A stretch of DNA of 64,000 nucleotides from Candidatus Fraserbacteria bacterium (GTDB lineage: Bacteria > Bipolaricaulota > Bipolaricaulia > RBG-16-55-9 > DRXL01): contig CAMTVK010000021.1 in NCBI GenBank assembly GCA_947085185.1, positions 1 through 64,000 on the forward strand. Direction: 5' to 3'. Numbering within the stretch: the first letter of the stretch is position 1; each line of letters opens with the position of its first letter. The notes below the pieces were generated by a model, which did not search any database, was not told where the DNA came from, and saw only the letters and a list, made by a program, of their open reading frames with translations. This document shows positions 19,479 to 28,458 of this stretch, piece after piece. The position numbers and the translations under genes were made by a program.

Positions 19479-20393
19479 ATGGACCAGATCTTTGTGATCG
19501 CGGAGCGGATCATCATCTATTCGGTGCTCATCAGTGCGCTCTATGCTCTGGTGGCCCTCGGATTTACGATGATCTTTGGGGTGGGGAGGGTCTTGAACTT
19601 AGCTCATGGGGCGTTCTTGATGGTCGGGGCCTATACAGCATGGTTCGTCCAACAGTATCTCCATGGGGATCTGTACAGCGCGTTTGTGCTTGCTGTCGTC
19701 ATCTGCACCTTGCTGGGGGTGGTCTTCTATCATGGCTTAGTTCGCCATGTGCAAAGATCTCCCATTGTGACGCTCATCGCCACGCTCGCCTGTGCGTTGA
19801 TCATCGAAGAACTCATCAAGATCTTCTTCACGACCAATACGCAGCTCTTGGCGCCGTTTGTGAGCGGCAGCGTCGAGATTCACAAGACAACAGTGATCAC
19901 CAATCGCATCATAGCGTTTGGGGCATCGTGGGTTGCGATTCTCTTATTTTGGCTCTTTGTGCATCGGACGCGCTGGGGCAAAGTGATCTTAGCTACGGCG
20001 CAAGACCAAGAGGGCGCCGCGCTTGTGGGCATTGACGTCAAGAGGGTCTACACGCTCACGTGGGCGATCTCGGGGGCGTTGGCGGGGATGGCTGGGGTCT
20101 TCTTTGCTTCGTGGGTGAAGATCGACCCGTTCATGTGGCGTGATCCGTTGATTATCAGCTTTGCTATTGTGGTCGTGGGCGGGTTGGGGAGCTTGAAGGG
20201 CTCGATCGTCGCAGCGTATCTCATCGGGTTTCTTGAGGTGCTCATGACGTATTCGCCATCGCTGCGTGTCTGTCCTGGGGGCTTCCGGTGCTTTGAGTTT
20301 CTTGGGTCGTCGTGGGTGGGGGTCTCGTCGCTGTTAGTCTTGATCGCTATTTTATTTCTCAGACCCAAAGGGCTCTTTGGGAGGGCCGAATGA
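19479..20393 (+). CDS. livH: Liv-type ABC permease (LivH-like)
   Basis: YALVALGFTMIFG...NLAHG, A.LVGI, VVGGLGS motifs. Confidence 0.85.
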   Translation: MDQIFVIAERIIIYSVLISALYALVALGFTMIFGVGRVLNLAHGAFLMVGAYTAWFVQQYLHGDLYSAFVLAVVICTLLGVVFYHGLVRHVQRSPIVTLIATLACALIIEELIKIFFTTNTQLLAPFVSGSVEIHKTTVITNRIIAFGASWVAILLFWLFVHRTRWGKVILATAQDQEGAALVGIDVKRVYTLTWAISGALAGMAGVFFASWVKIDPFMWRDPLIISFAIVVVGGLGSLKGSIVAAYLIGFLEVLMTYSPSLRVCPGGFRCFEFLGSSWVGVSSLLVLIAILFLRPKGLFGRAE

Positions 20394-21430
20394 GCGTGCG
20401 TGCGCTCAAGTTCACGCTGTTAGGCCTGACGGTGCTCGTCGTGGGGGGTGTTGGGCTGTGGCTGCCCTCCAAATGGATGACGACTCTCATCTATGCGCAG
20501 CTCTTCGCGATTTACGCTATGGGCTGGGATATTCTGTCGGGGACGACGGGGCAGATCAGCTTCGGGCATATATTTTTTGTGGCGGTCTCCGGCTATACAG
20601 CGGGGCTGCTCAATCTCTATCTGAAGTGGCCCATCTGGGCGACGGTCCCTGTGGGGGTCGTCATGGCAGTGGTTGCAGGGTTGCTCTTCAGCGTGCCGGC
20701 GCTGCGCCTGCGCGGCCCGTATTTCTCTTTAGTGACGCTGATCTTGCCCTTGGCTGCCGCACGCTTAGTGATTATCTTAGCCGACTGGACTGGGGGAGAG
20801 CTGGGCAAGTTTGGTGTGACTCCGCTGTGCCAAGATTCTTTGCTCGACGGGCTCAGCCGTGTGCTTGGGGGCTTGGGCATCGCTGTAGAGCCGTTCCGGC
20901 TCTATCAGTTCTGTAATTATTATATCTTCTTGCTTGTGATGGCCCTTGTTGGGGTGGGCTTGATCTGGCTGGGCACCTCGCGCATCGGTAAAATATTAGA
21001 AACGATCCGCGAGAACGAAGAAGTTGTAGAGGCATCAGGGATCAACGTTGCCAAGTATAAGATCTTTGCGTTTGCGATCAGTGCGTCTGTGGTCGGGCTT
21101 GGAGGAGCGTTCTCTGTGCACGTCAACGAATCGGTCTTCTTCAATTCGTTGCTCTCGTTGACGGCGTCCATCGAGATGATCGTCGCCTCGGTGGTTGGGG
21201 GTATGGGGACGATCATCGGGGCGTTGTGGGGAGGGCTGTTAGTGAGAGGGGGCGAGCAGGTGCTCAAGGAGCTGGCGCAAGTGAAACTTCCCATTGGCGC
21301 GGAAGGATTTGCTCTTGCGTTCTTGGAGCGCTGGGCGACGTTCATCTTCTTTGCTTTGCTTTTGGTGTTGCTCTTCTTTGCGCGTCAGGGGGTGCTGCCG
21401 TTTTTGATAAGGCGGCTGAGACGGGGGTGA
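20390..21430 (+). CDS. livM: Liv-type ABC permease (LivM-like)
   Basis: GQISFGH, LRLRGPYFSLVTL, IRENE...GI, VGGMGT motifs. Confidence 0.85.
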   Translation: MSVRALKFTLLGLTVLVVGGVGLWLPSKWMTTLIYAQLFAIYAMGWDILSGTTGQISFGHIFFVAVSGYTAGLLNLYLKWPIWATVPVGVVMAVVAGLLFSVPALRLRGPYFSLVTLILPLAAARLVIILADWTGGELGKFGVTPLCQDSLLDGLSRVLGGLGIAVEPFRLYQFCNYYIFLLVMALVGVGLIWLGTSRIGKILETIRENEEVVEASGINVAKYKIFAFAISASVVGLGGAFSVHVNESVFFNSLLSLTASIEMIVASVVGGMGTIIGALWGGLLVRGGEQVLKELAQVKLPIGAEGFALAFLERWATFIFFALLLVLLFFARQGVLPFLIRRLRRG

Positions 21431-21431
21431 G

Positions 21432-22193
21432 ATGGTGGCCCTGCTGCAAGTAGAGGGACTGCGCAAGTCGTTTGGGGGCTTGATGGCCGTCAAAGATCTC
21501 TCGTTTGGTGTAGAGTCAGGGGAGATCGTGGGGCTGATCGGGCCCAACGGCGCGGGCAAGAGCACCGTCTTTAATCTCATTATGGGATCGCTCAAGCCCG
21601 ATAAGGGCACAGTGCTCTTCAAAGGGCACGACATCACGGGCTGGCCCACGTATAAGATTGTCGACGCGGGGATCGCGCGGGTCTTTCAGATCGCTCGATA
21701 TTTCCCGAGAAAGACCGTCTACGAGAACGTCGAGATCTCTGCAATCCCTAATGAGATCTTTATTCGGGCTCCCGACCCTGAGCCTAAAACGGTAACGAGT
21801 TGCCGGCGCACAGGGCTGTGCACTAATCAGCACTGTCCTGGGGAAGCTCACTGTATCTGTCGCACGGAGCTGCCAGGGATGCTCCCCCAAGGGGGCCTCA
21901 GGCGCTTAGAACTCGCTCGAGCTATTGGCACTGACCCCGAACTCTTATTGTTGGACGAGCCCTTCGCAGGGCTCTCCCCTAGGGAAGTCGACGAGATCTC
22001 CCATCTGATAGCGAGTCTCCGCGACGAGGGCCAGACGATCGTCGTAGTAGACCACAACATGCGGGGGGTGATGAGGCTTGTGGACCGTATTGTAGTACTC
22101 TGCTTTGGTGAGAAACTCGCTGAGGGAACCCCCGAAGAAGTGGCGCGCAACCCCCAAGTCCAAGAAGCTTATCTTGCTGGTGGTGGTTTCTAG
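21432..22193 (+). CDS. livG: Liv-type ABC ATPase (LivG-like) with Cys-rich insert
   Basis: GPNGAGKST, LLLLDEP, V.EAYL motifs. Confidence 0.87.
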   Translation: MVALLQVEGLRKSFGGLMAVKDLSFGVESGEIVGLIGPNGAGKSTVFNLIMGSLKPDKGTVLFKGHDITGWPTYKIVDAGIARVFQIARYFPRKTVYENVEISAIPNEIFIRAPDPEPKTVTSCRRTGLCTNQHCPGEAHCICRTELPGMLPQGGLRRLELARAIGTDPELLLLDEPFAGLSPREVDEISHLIASLRDEGQTIVVVDHNMRGVMRLVDRIVVLCFGEKLAEGTPEEVARNPQVQEAYLAGGGF

Positions 22194-22895
22194 GTGTTAG
22201 TCGTTGAGAACCTCAATGTGTTCTACGCCAAGGCGCACGTCTTAAAGAACGTCACTCTGAGGGTCTTGCAGGGGGAGTTCGTCTCGATCATTGGGCCCAA
22301 TGGGGCGGGCAAGACCACGCTCTTGAGAACTCTCTCTGGGCTGAAGGACGGAGAGGGTCGGATCTCTCTGAATGGCGCGCCCTTGCCCCGTGATCCCGCC
22401 AAGATCGTTCAGTTGGGAGTGATTCACTGTCCGGAGGGACGCCATCTCTTTCCGGAGATGAGCGTGAGAGACAATCTCTTATTAGGGGCGTTGCGCCTAA
22501 AAAATTTCGATCCAGGGAGCGAACTTGAGCGGGTCTATCAGCTCTTTCCCATCTTGCGGGAGCGCGAGCGTCAGATGGCGCGGACGCTCTCTGGGGGCGA
22601 GCAACAGATGTTAGCTATCGGGCGGGCGCTCATGGGCCGCCCAGAGCTCTTATTATTAGACGAGCCGACGCTGGGATTAGCCCCCATCGTGAGAAAAGTT
22701 ATTGCTGAGGCGCTCAAGCAGATCAATGACTCTGGAGTAACTATTCTTTTAGCGGAGCAGAACGTGCCGTTTGCGCTGGCACACGCTCATAGGGTCTATC
22801 TGTTGGAGACGGGAGTCATTGTGAAGGAGGGCACGCCCGAAGAATTTCGCGCTGATGAGTACGTGCAGCACGTCTATCTGGGTGGCGTCTCTTAG
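22194..22895 (+). CDS. livF: Liv-type ABC ATPase (LivF-like)
   Basis: GPNGAGKTT, PEGR.LF, LSGGEQQMLAIGRALM, LDEP.LGLAP motifs. Confidence 0.92.
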   Translation: MLVVENLNVFYAKAHVLKNVTLRVLQGEFVSIIGPNGAGKTTLLRTLSGLKDGEGRISLNGAPLPRDPAKIVQLGVIHCPEGRHLFPEMSVRDNLLLGALRLKNFDPGSELERVYQLFPILRERERQMARTLSGGEQQMLAIGRALMGRPELLLLDEPTLGLAPIVRKVIAEALKQINDSGVTILLAEQNVPFALAHAHRVYLLETGVIVKEGTPEEFRADEYVQHVYLGGVS

Positions 22896-23926
22896 CGTTT
22901 GTCTTTCAGATAGACGGTGCGCGCCGGGAACGGAATCTCTATCTTCTCTTCACGGAGTCTCTTCAAAATTCTCTTGCGCAGCTCGTGCTGTGCCACAGAG
23001 TGATCGTCGAACGTCTTGGCTTGGACTACTAAGAGAAAATCGAGCGAAAAGTCCCCCATATTGGTGAAGCGCACCACCGGCGCGAAGCTCGGATCAAGCT
23101 GCGGCAGCTCGGCAATCGCGTCCTGCCCGATCTCCAATAAAACGCGCTCGACGCGCTCTGGGTCGGAGTCGTAGCTGACGCTCACAGGGATGCGAATCAT
23201 CATGGGCTTGTCGGGCATGTAATAGTTCGTGATAATACTTTGGGCGAGCTTGGCATTGGGAATGATAATGAGATTGTTCGAGAAATCTCGGATACTTGTG
23301 GTGCGCCAGTTGATATCTGTCACGTAGCCCTCTTGTCCCGTGTCTAATTTGATATAATCGCCGACGCGAATCTGACGTGCCATCGAGACGTTGAACCCCG
23401 CAAAGAGATTCGTCAGTGTGTCTTGGAGCGCCAAAGCTACAGCCAAGCCCCCGATCCCGAAGGCCGTCAAGATTGGGGTAATTGGGATCCCCAGCGTGGA
23501 CAAGAGCACTAAGATCCCAACGATGATCACCCCAGCTCTTATGAAAGTTCGTGTGAGGCTGGTCGCTGGGGCCTCGACTTCGCCGCGCGCGACCGCCCTC
23601 TGAAAGAGGGCGCTGATGATGTGCGCAAGCACGAGCGTCATCGAGAGCACCACAAGCGCCAGAAGAATCTTCCCCAACAGCGCGACAAGCTCTTCCGGCA
23701 GCCGAGAGAACTCTAGGGCTAAATAGATCCCCAGCGCCACAACCCACAATAGAAATGGCCAGCGCGCCGCAGCAATGACGATGTCATCGAACTCCCACGC
23801 CGTGCGTTGGGCCCACATGTGCAGATAGCGGAAGAGATAGCGTCGCCCCACAATGCCCACGACCAGCGATCCGACCAAGATCAGCGTTGGAGTCAGATAG
23901 TCCCAGAGTGAGAGCGTTGTGTTCAT
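22892..23926 (-). CDS. mscS: MscS-family mechanosensitive channel
   Basis: GIGGLAVALALQDTL.N, GDYI, IIPN, I.IPFP motifs; start placed at 23926. Confidence 0.92.
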   Translation of the reverse strand: MNTTLSLWDYLTPTLILVGSLVVGIVGRRYLFRYLHMWAQRTAWEFDDIVIAAARWPFLLWVVALGIYLALEFSRLPEELVALLGKILLALVVLSMTLVLAHIISALFQRAVARGEVEAPATSLTRTFIRAGVIIVGILVLLSTLGIPITPILTAFGIGGLAVALALQDTLTNLFAGFNVSMARQIRVGDYIKLDTGQEGYVTDINWRTTSIRDFSNNLIIIPNAKLAQSIITNYYMPDKPMMIRIPVSVSYDSDPERVERVLLEIGQDAIAELPQLDPSFAPVVRFTNMGDFSLDFLLVVQAKTFDDHSVAQHELRKRILKRLREEKIEIPFPARTVYLKDKR

Positions 23927-24010
23927 AGGTGGCTTGTTATATATAACAGAATAGAACGGGGGAGTGCAAGGAGGCTTGCCAAAGAGAGCGCGCTGTGCTA
24001 GACTCACTCT

Positions 24011-24820
24011 ATGATCCCGCTGCGCGATTACAGGCAAAGCAGCTCGTTCCCACTGGTCACTGTAGCGCTGATCGTCTTGACTGTTTTGGTCTTTCTCTAT
24101 CAGTTCTCGCTGGGCAACACGCCCTCGACGGAGAACACGCGCCAATGGGTTCGCGCATGGCTTCAGGAGGGGTGCAGTGTACCTGCAGGGCTTGCCTATC
24201 AGCTCTCTCGTCCGGTCAGTCGCTTTTCTGCGGCGCCGATTACGGCCGAAGACGAGCTCACCTTTCGGTTTGGCGTCATACCTTGCGAGATCACTCACGG
24301 TGTGGACCTGCCCCCGTTTGTGCCCTTTGCCGTGTGGGTGACGCTGCTGACGGCGATATTCATGCACGCTGGGTTCTGGCACATCTTGGGCAACATGTGG
24401 TACTTATGGATCTTTGGGGACAACGTTGAGGACGTCTTTGGGCGTGTGGGGTTTGTGTTCTTTTATCTGCTTTCGGGTCTGGCGGCGGCGTTTGCTCAGA
24501 TTCTGACGAACCCCCACACGGTCATTCCGATGGTGGGGGCGAGTGGCGCGATCTCGGGGGTCTTGGGCGCGTATTTTGTGCTCTTCCCCTATGGAAGAGT
24601 CTTGACGCTCGTACCGCTCTTCCCGTTCTTCATAAGAGTGATTGAACTGCCCGCGATTTTTTTATTGGGCTTTTGGTTTATTTTGCAGTTTGTTGGGGGA
24701 ATCTCCAGCCCCATTGAAGGAGGAGGCGTCGCCTACTGGGCCCACGCCGGGGGCTTCGTTACCGGAGCTCTCTTAGCGTTGCTTGTCAAACGCCGTGTGA
24801 GACCGTATTATTTCTTATAA
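24011..24820 (+). CDS. Rhomboid intramembrane serine protease
   Basis: FMHAG..HILGNM, GASGA, AYWAHAGGF motifs. Confidence 0.94.
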   Translation: MIPLRDYRQSSSFPLVTVALIVLTVLVFLYQFSLGNTPSTENTRQWVRAWLQEGCSVPAGLAYQLSRPVSRFSAAPITAEDELTFRFGVIPCEITHGVDLPPFVPFAVWVTLLTAIFMHAGFWHILGNMWYLWIFGDNVEDVFGRVGFVFFYLLSGLAAAFAQILTNPHTVIPMVGASGAISGVLGAYFVLFPYGRVLTLVPLFPFFIRVIELPAIFLLGFWFILQFVGGISSPIEGGGVAYWAHAGGFVTGALLALLVKRRVRPYYFL

Positions 24821-25068
24821 TACTGCGCGTTAATTTGAATGAAGTCCTTCCATTGTTCGGGGACGTCCTCTTCGGGAAAGATCGCTTGTTCTGGGCAGAC
24901 CGCCGCACACGCCCCGCAGTTAATACACGTGCTTGGGTCAATATAGAGCTGACGCACGTTGGGGAAGTCGGGCTCATCGGGTCGCGGGTGGATGCAATCG
25001 ACCGGACAGACCTGCACGCAGTCTGTGCGTTTTTTGTCTATGCACGGCTGGCAGATGACAAACGCCAT
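24808..25068 (-). CDS. Ferredoxin (7Fe/FdxA-like dicluster)
   Basis: C..C...DCVQVCPVDCI and CINCGAC...CP motifs; AAGGAGG RBS. Confidence 0.93.
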   Translation of the reverse strand: MAFVICQPCIDKKRTDCVQVCPVDCIHPRPDEPDFPNVRQLYIDPSTCINCGACAAVCPEQAIFPEEDVPEQWKDFIQINAQYYKK

Positions 25069-25123
25069 GATGCCTCCTTATGTGTGCGATTCAGTATAGC
25101 AGACTATTTTGATCTGGGCAAAT

Positions 25124-26191
25124 TTACAATCGTGTGAAGCGCATCTTCTCGTCGATTTGGGCGACTGCATGCGCGATCAGGGTATAGGCGTTCTCTAAGT
25201 CCGTGAGCGAGACGATCTCGCACGGGCTGTGCATATAGCGATTGGGGATGGAGACTAACCCTGCGGCGATCCCCGCGCGCGTCATCTGCATGGCATAAGC
25301 GTCCGTGCCCATGCCGCGCGGCTCGCCGTTCAGTTGATAAGCGATCTTGTGAGCTTGGGCGGTCTCGATCAAAAGATCGACGACTTTGTGATTATATGTT
25401 GGGCCGCGTCCGATCATGGGGCCGTAGCCGACTTTGGCCGCGCCGACGCGCTTTTGTTCTTCGGCCATCGTCGGAAAATCTGTAGCGAAGCCGACGTCAA
25501 CGGCAATGCCCACCAAAGGATCAATGCCGTAGGCGCTCGTGTAGGCACCGCGCAGCCCCACTTCTTCTTGGACGGTCGCGACGGCGTAGACTTCGGCTTT
25601 GGGCTTGAGCTTGGCGAGCATGCGGGCAGCTTCAAGCACGACAAACGCTCCGGCTTTGTCGTCAAACCCGCGCGAGACGACCAAATTATTTCTCAGCTCG
25701 GCGAACCCATAGTCAATAACAGCGGGATCGCCGATGCGCACTAATTTTTCGGCTTCGGCTTTGTCTTTGGCTCCGATGTCGATCCAGAGCTCTTCGATCT
25801 TGGTGACTCTATTGCGATCTTCTTCTTTGATCAAGTGAATGGGCTTTTTCCCGATGACGCCTGGGATCTTTCCCGACTGGGTTCGGATCCAGACGCGCTG
25901 GCCTTGGATGATCTGTGGGTCCCAGCCACCGATCTGTCCAAAATAGAGAAAGCCCTGGTCGTCAATGTGTGTAATCATGAAGCCGATCTCGTCCATGTGT
26001 CCGGCGAGCATGACTCTGGGTTTGCCGCCCTTGTTGACGACGGCGATGACGTTGCCTTGGGTGTCGGAGCGGACCTCGTCGGCGAACGTTCTGGCTTCTT
26101 CAGCCCAGACGTGGGCCGCTTCGTCCTCATAGCCGGAGGGACTGATAGTCGCCAAGAGCCGTTTGAGAAAATCCAACGAGCGCGATTCCAT
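25124..26191 (-). CDS. M42-family aminopeptidase
   Basis: AGHMDEIG, DDKAG, QEEVGLRGA, DV, RYMHSP motifs; GAGGAGG RBS before 26191. Confidence 0.93.
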   Translation of the reverse strand: MESRSLDFLKRLLATISPSGYEDEAAHVWAEEARTFADEVRSDTQGNVIAVVNKGGKPRVMLAGHMDEIGFMITHIDDQGFLYFGQIGGWDPQIIQGQRVWIRTQSGKIPGVIGKKPIHLIKEEDRNRVTKIEELWIDIGAKDKAEAEKLVRIGDPAVIDYGFAELRNNLVVSRGFDDKAGAFVVLEAARMLAKLKPKAEVYAVATVQEEVGLRGAYTSAYGIDPLVGIAVDVGFATDFPTMAEEQKRVGAAKVGYGPMIGRGPTYNHKVVDLLIETAQAHKIAYQLNGEPRGMGTDAYAMQMTRAGIAAGLVSIPNRYMHSPCEIVSLTDLENAYTLIAHAVAQIDEKMRFTRL

Positions 26192-26313
26192 AGTGTGAGC
26201 CTCCTCGAAAAGAGTTATGGGGGTATTATAACGAGAACTGGGTGAGAGTGCACAGAGTGCGCTTTTGGCTGAGACGCTCAAAAATCAGTATTATCGTTAT
26301 CGGGGTGAGTGTG

Positions 26314-26667
26314 ATGGGCACACCAGTTACACGAGACAAGAAGGGCAGAGTAGAAGGGACCCCGGTGCTGAAGCGCTCTCCACGTTTCAGTCCTCAGGGT
26401 AAGCCTGCCAGGGTAACATTAGATATACAGACCTATATCGATTTGCTGGTGCAGGCTAACGTTACTGATCCAACCTTGTGGCCCCCGGCTATGAAAGAAG
26501 GAGCCTCGGCCTTAGCGCGCGTCCGTCAGATCGAAGCGGAGTGCATAGCTCAACATGGGGAGTTTGATTGGGAAAAACTTCCTGAATCGGTTCGAGATGA
26601 GTACGATGGTTTGTGCGCTTTTCTCGATAATTTGCGGGATGCCGGCGAGCGCATTCCGTTAAAATGA
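26314..26667 (+). CDS. Putative antitoxin-like protein upstream of a relE remnant
   Basis: QGKPARVTLDIQTYIDLL N-terminal motif and a GERIPL end resemble RelB-type antitoxins; the relE remnant starts immediately after the stop. Confidence 0.55.
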   Translation: MGTPVTRDKKGRVEGTPVLKRSPRFSPQGKPARVTLDIQTYIDLLVQANVTDPTLWPPAMKEGASALARVRQIEAECIAQHGEFDWEKLPESVRDEYDGLCAFLDNLRDAGERIPLK

Positions 26668-26783
26668 ATGCCGTATACAACGTATCTCTCTTCGCGAGCT
26701 GAGCGAGATCTTAGAAAATTGATGACAACAGACAAGAAATCATTATCACCTACGTTGGACATCGTCGAGAAGCCTACCGATAG
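26668..26783 (+). pseudogene. RelE/ParE toxin remnant with internal deletion
   Basis: Frame 1 reads MPYTTYLSSRAERDLRKL; a shifted frame reads IDDNRQEIIITYVGHRREAYR*. These are the N- and C-termini of RelE with the middle missing. Confidence 0.8.
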
Positions 26784-26882
26784 CGCTACACGATGAGGGC
26801 TTGCACGCCTGCGTCTGTAAGGATATACTTTTGAACCGAGATGATGAATCAGTAGCAGCTCAATAGGTGGTGAATAAGATTC

Positions 26883-28142
26883 ATGATAGGCAATCTTCCC
26901 AAAAAGCTAGTTCAGAGTTCAAATGAGTTAAAGTGCCTCATTAATTGCTATGTCGAAAATCATGCAAATAAGTTTCCTTTCTTTAGCAAGCACTTTAAAC
27001 CAATCATTGAGCATGTATTAGAAAGCCATAACTACCCTTTAGATTACCGGATTGTGCAAGATATCTATCTAGATGCACTGGATGCATCAGAATATTCTAT
27101 AGGAAGATTAAATAGTTATCTAGAGTCCATAGAGAAAAAGTTTGGTGAATCTTTCTTGAAGTCTCTTTTCGAAGAAGCTCAATCCATCACAGATCCTGAC
27201 CATTTTCTCATTCGGCTAGAAAGTATCGAGACAGAGATCGACTGCGCTAAGTTCTTGAGTCATGTTTCCGGCACAGCGCAGATCAAAAAATTAAAAAAGC
27301 AAGGAGATATATTATTAAAGCTGGAAGGGCAAGAATGGAAGTTTGAGGTTAAGAATTTTTCTGAAGAGTACATATCGCTTGAGTGCTGCAAAGATGTTCT
27401 AGTTGGTATGATGTTCTTGAAGAACAATGAACCTTTACTCCGCTACAGGGAGATCCGCATGGAGGGGCAAAACATTAACCATGATTTTAGGGGAAAGGTT
27501 ATAAGATTTCTTCATGAACATCTCATCCGTTTTTTAAATCGCATTAAGAATGAAAATAGGATAATAGAAAAGATCAACGACTTAGAGATTTCAGCAGAAG
27601 CTGAGAACAACTCTCAACAGAATGTGGAAATTAATATTAAGGAAATTAATAAAGAAATTAGGAGCTTAAAACTTACAATGACAAGAGTAGATCACAGCCA
27701 TAACTATTATGGAATTGTTTATTATCTCTCTGGCTGGTGGATTGGTAAAGATCCTGCTTGGGAAAAGATTATAGAAAAACTACGACGACATATCGAAAAA
27801 GCTCGCCGTCAACTTGCTAAGGCCAACACATGTAATTACGGCATCTTTGTGCGATTCAACGTTCAACCTGAGTACGAGGAAGCTATAAAGCGAGATACGC
27901 AGAATCCTCAAGGGAACCTTCGCAAAGAGGTTGATAAGCATAATTTACCTATTGTGCTATACTTCCGCTACTTTAACTCATCGGAATGCATGCTTAACCA
28001 GGCGGCTAGCAAAGTTGAGTTTTTAAGAAACTGCTGTAAGCGGTTCTTGCAAGATGAGGAGCTGAGCGAAGATCTCGAGATTGCGTACAGCCGCCGTTCT
28101 GAAACAGCGCGCCCACTTCAGGATGTTCTCAATGAGTTGTAA
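26883..28142 (+). CDS. AT-rich hypothetical protein, putative PD-(D/E)xK nuclease fold, with antitoxin-like C-terminal tail
   Basis: 419 aa frame, visibly AT-rich relative to its flanks; E...QGDILL...FEVKN motif; tail EDLEIAYSRRSETARPLQDVLNEL; TAATG overlap with relE. Confidence 0.7.
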   Translation: MIGNLPKKLVQSSNELKCLINCYVENHANKFPFFSKHFKPIIEHVLESHNYPLDYRIVQDIYLDALDASEYSIGRLNSYLESIEKKFGESFLKSLFEEAQSITDPDHFLIRLESIETEIDCAKFLSHVSGTAQIKKLKKQGDILLKLEGQEWKFEVKNFSEEYISLECCKDVLVGMMFLKNNEPLLRYREIRMEGQNINHDFRGKVIRFLHEHLIRFLNRIKNENRIIEKINDLEISAEAENNSQQNVEINIKEINKEIRSLKLTMTRVDHSHNYYGIVYYLSGWWIGKDPAWEKIIEKLRRHIEKARRQLAKANTCNYGIFVRFNVQPEYEEAIKRDTQNPQGNLRKEVDKHNLPIVLYFRYFNSSECMLNQAASKVEFLRNCCKRFLQDEELSEDLEIAYSRRSETARPLQDVLNEL

Positions 28143-28408
28143 TGATCTATCGCGTGGACATCACTAGCTCTGCTGAGCGCGATTTGAAAAAACTCTCATC
28201 GTCCGTAGCAAAGCGCATCGGACAACACTTGCTCAAACTCGGTGAACAACCAAGACCCAAAGGCTCAAAAAAACTCAGAGGGAGCCCATTCTATCGACTA
28301 CGAGTTGGAAAGTATCGCGTTATTTATGAAGTCGTGGACGCCGAGAAAAGAGTGCTCATTTTACATATCAAACACCGCGGTAAAGCCTACCGGCAGCGAC
28401 TCTGCTGA
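28142..28408 (+). CDS. RelE/ParE-family toxin
   Basis: YRVDITSSAERDLKKL...PRPKGSKKL...YRLRVGKYRVIYEV...HR..AY. Confidence 0.92.
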   Translation: MIYRVDITSSAERDLKKLSSSVAKRIGQHLLKLGEQPRPKGSKKLRGSPFYRLRVGKYRVIYEVVDAEKRVLILHIKHRGKAYRQRLC

Positions 28409-28458
28409 AGGGCTTGCACGCCTGTGCCCGCGAGAGTACACTTAAGACTTGATCGCTT

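Larger units (their letters stand above)
26796..28424 (+). repeat. Direct repeat AGGGCTTGCACGCCTG after each relE copy, carrying a -35 box
   Basis: Identical 16-mers at 26796-26811 and 28409-28424. Each has TTGCAC, then 17 nt, then TATACT (26824-26829) or TACACT (28437-28442). Confidence 0.85.

Noticed and set aside
23927..24382. Long N-terminal extension of MscS in the ORF track
   Set aside because: Overlaps the divergent rhomboid gene and promoter; the true start is probably 23926.
28409..28458. T-box riboswitch upstream of alaS
   Set aside because: The promoter is only 16 nt from the start codon, leaving no room, and there is no T-box motif.
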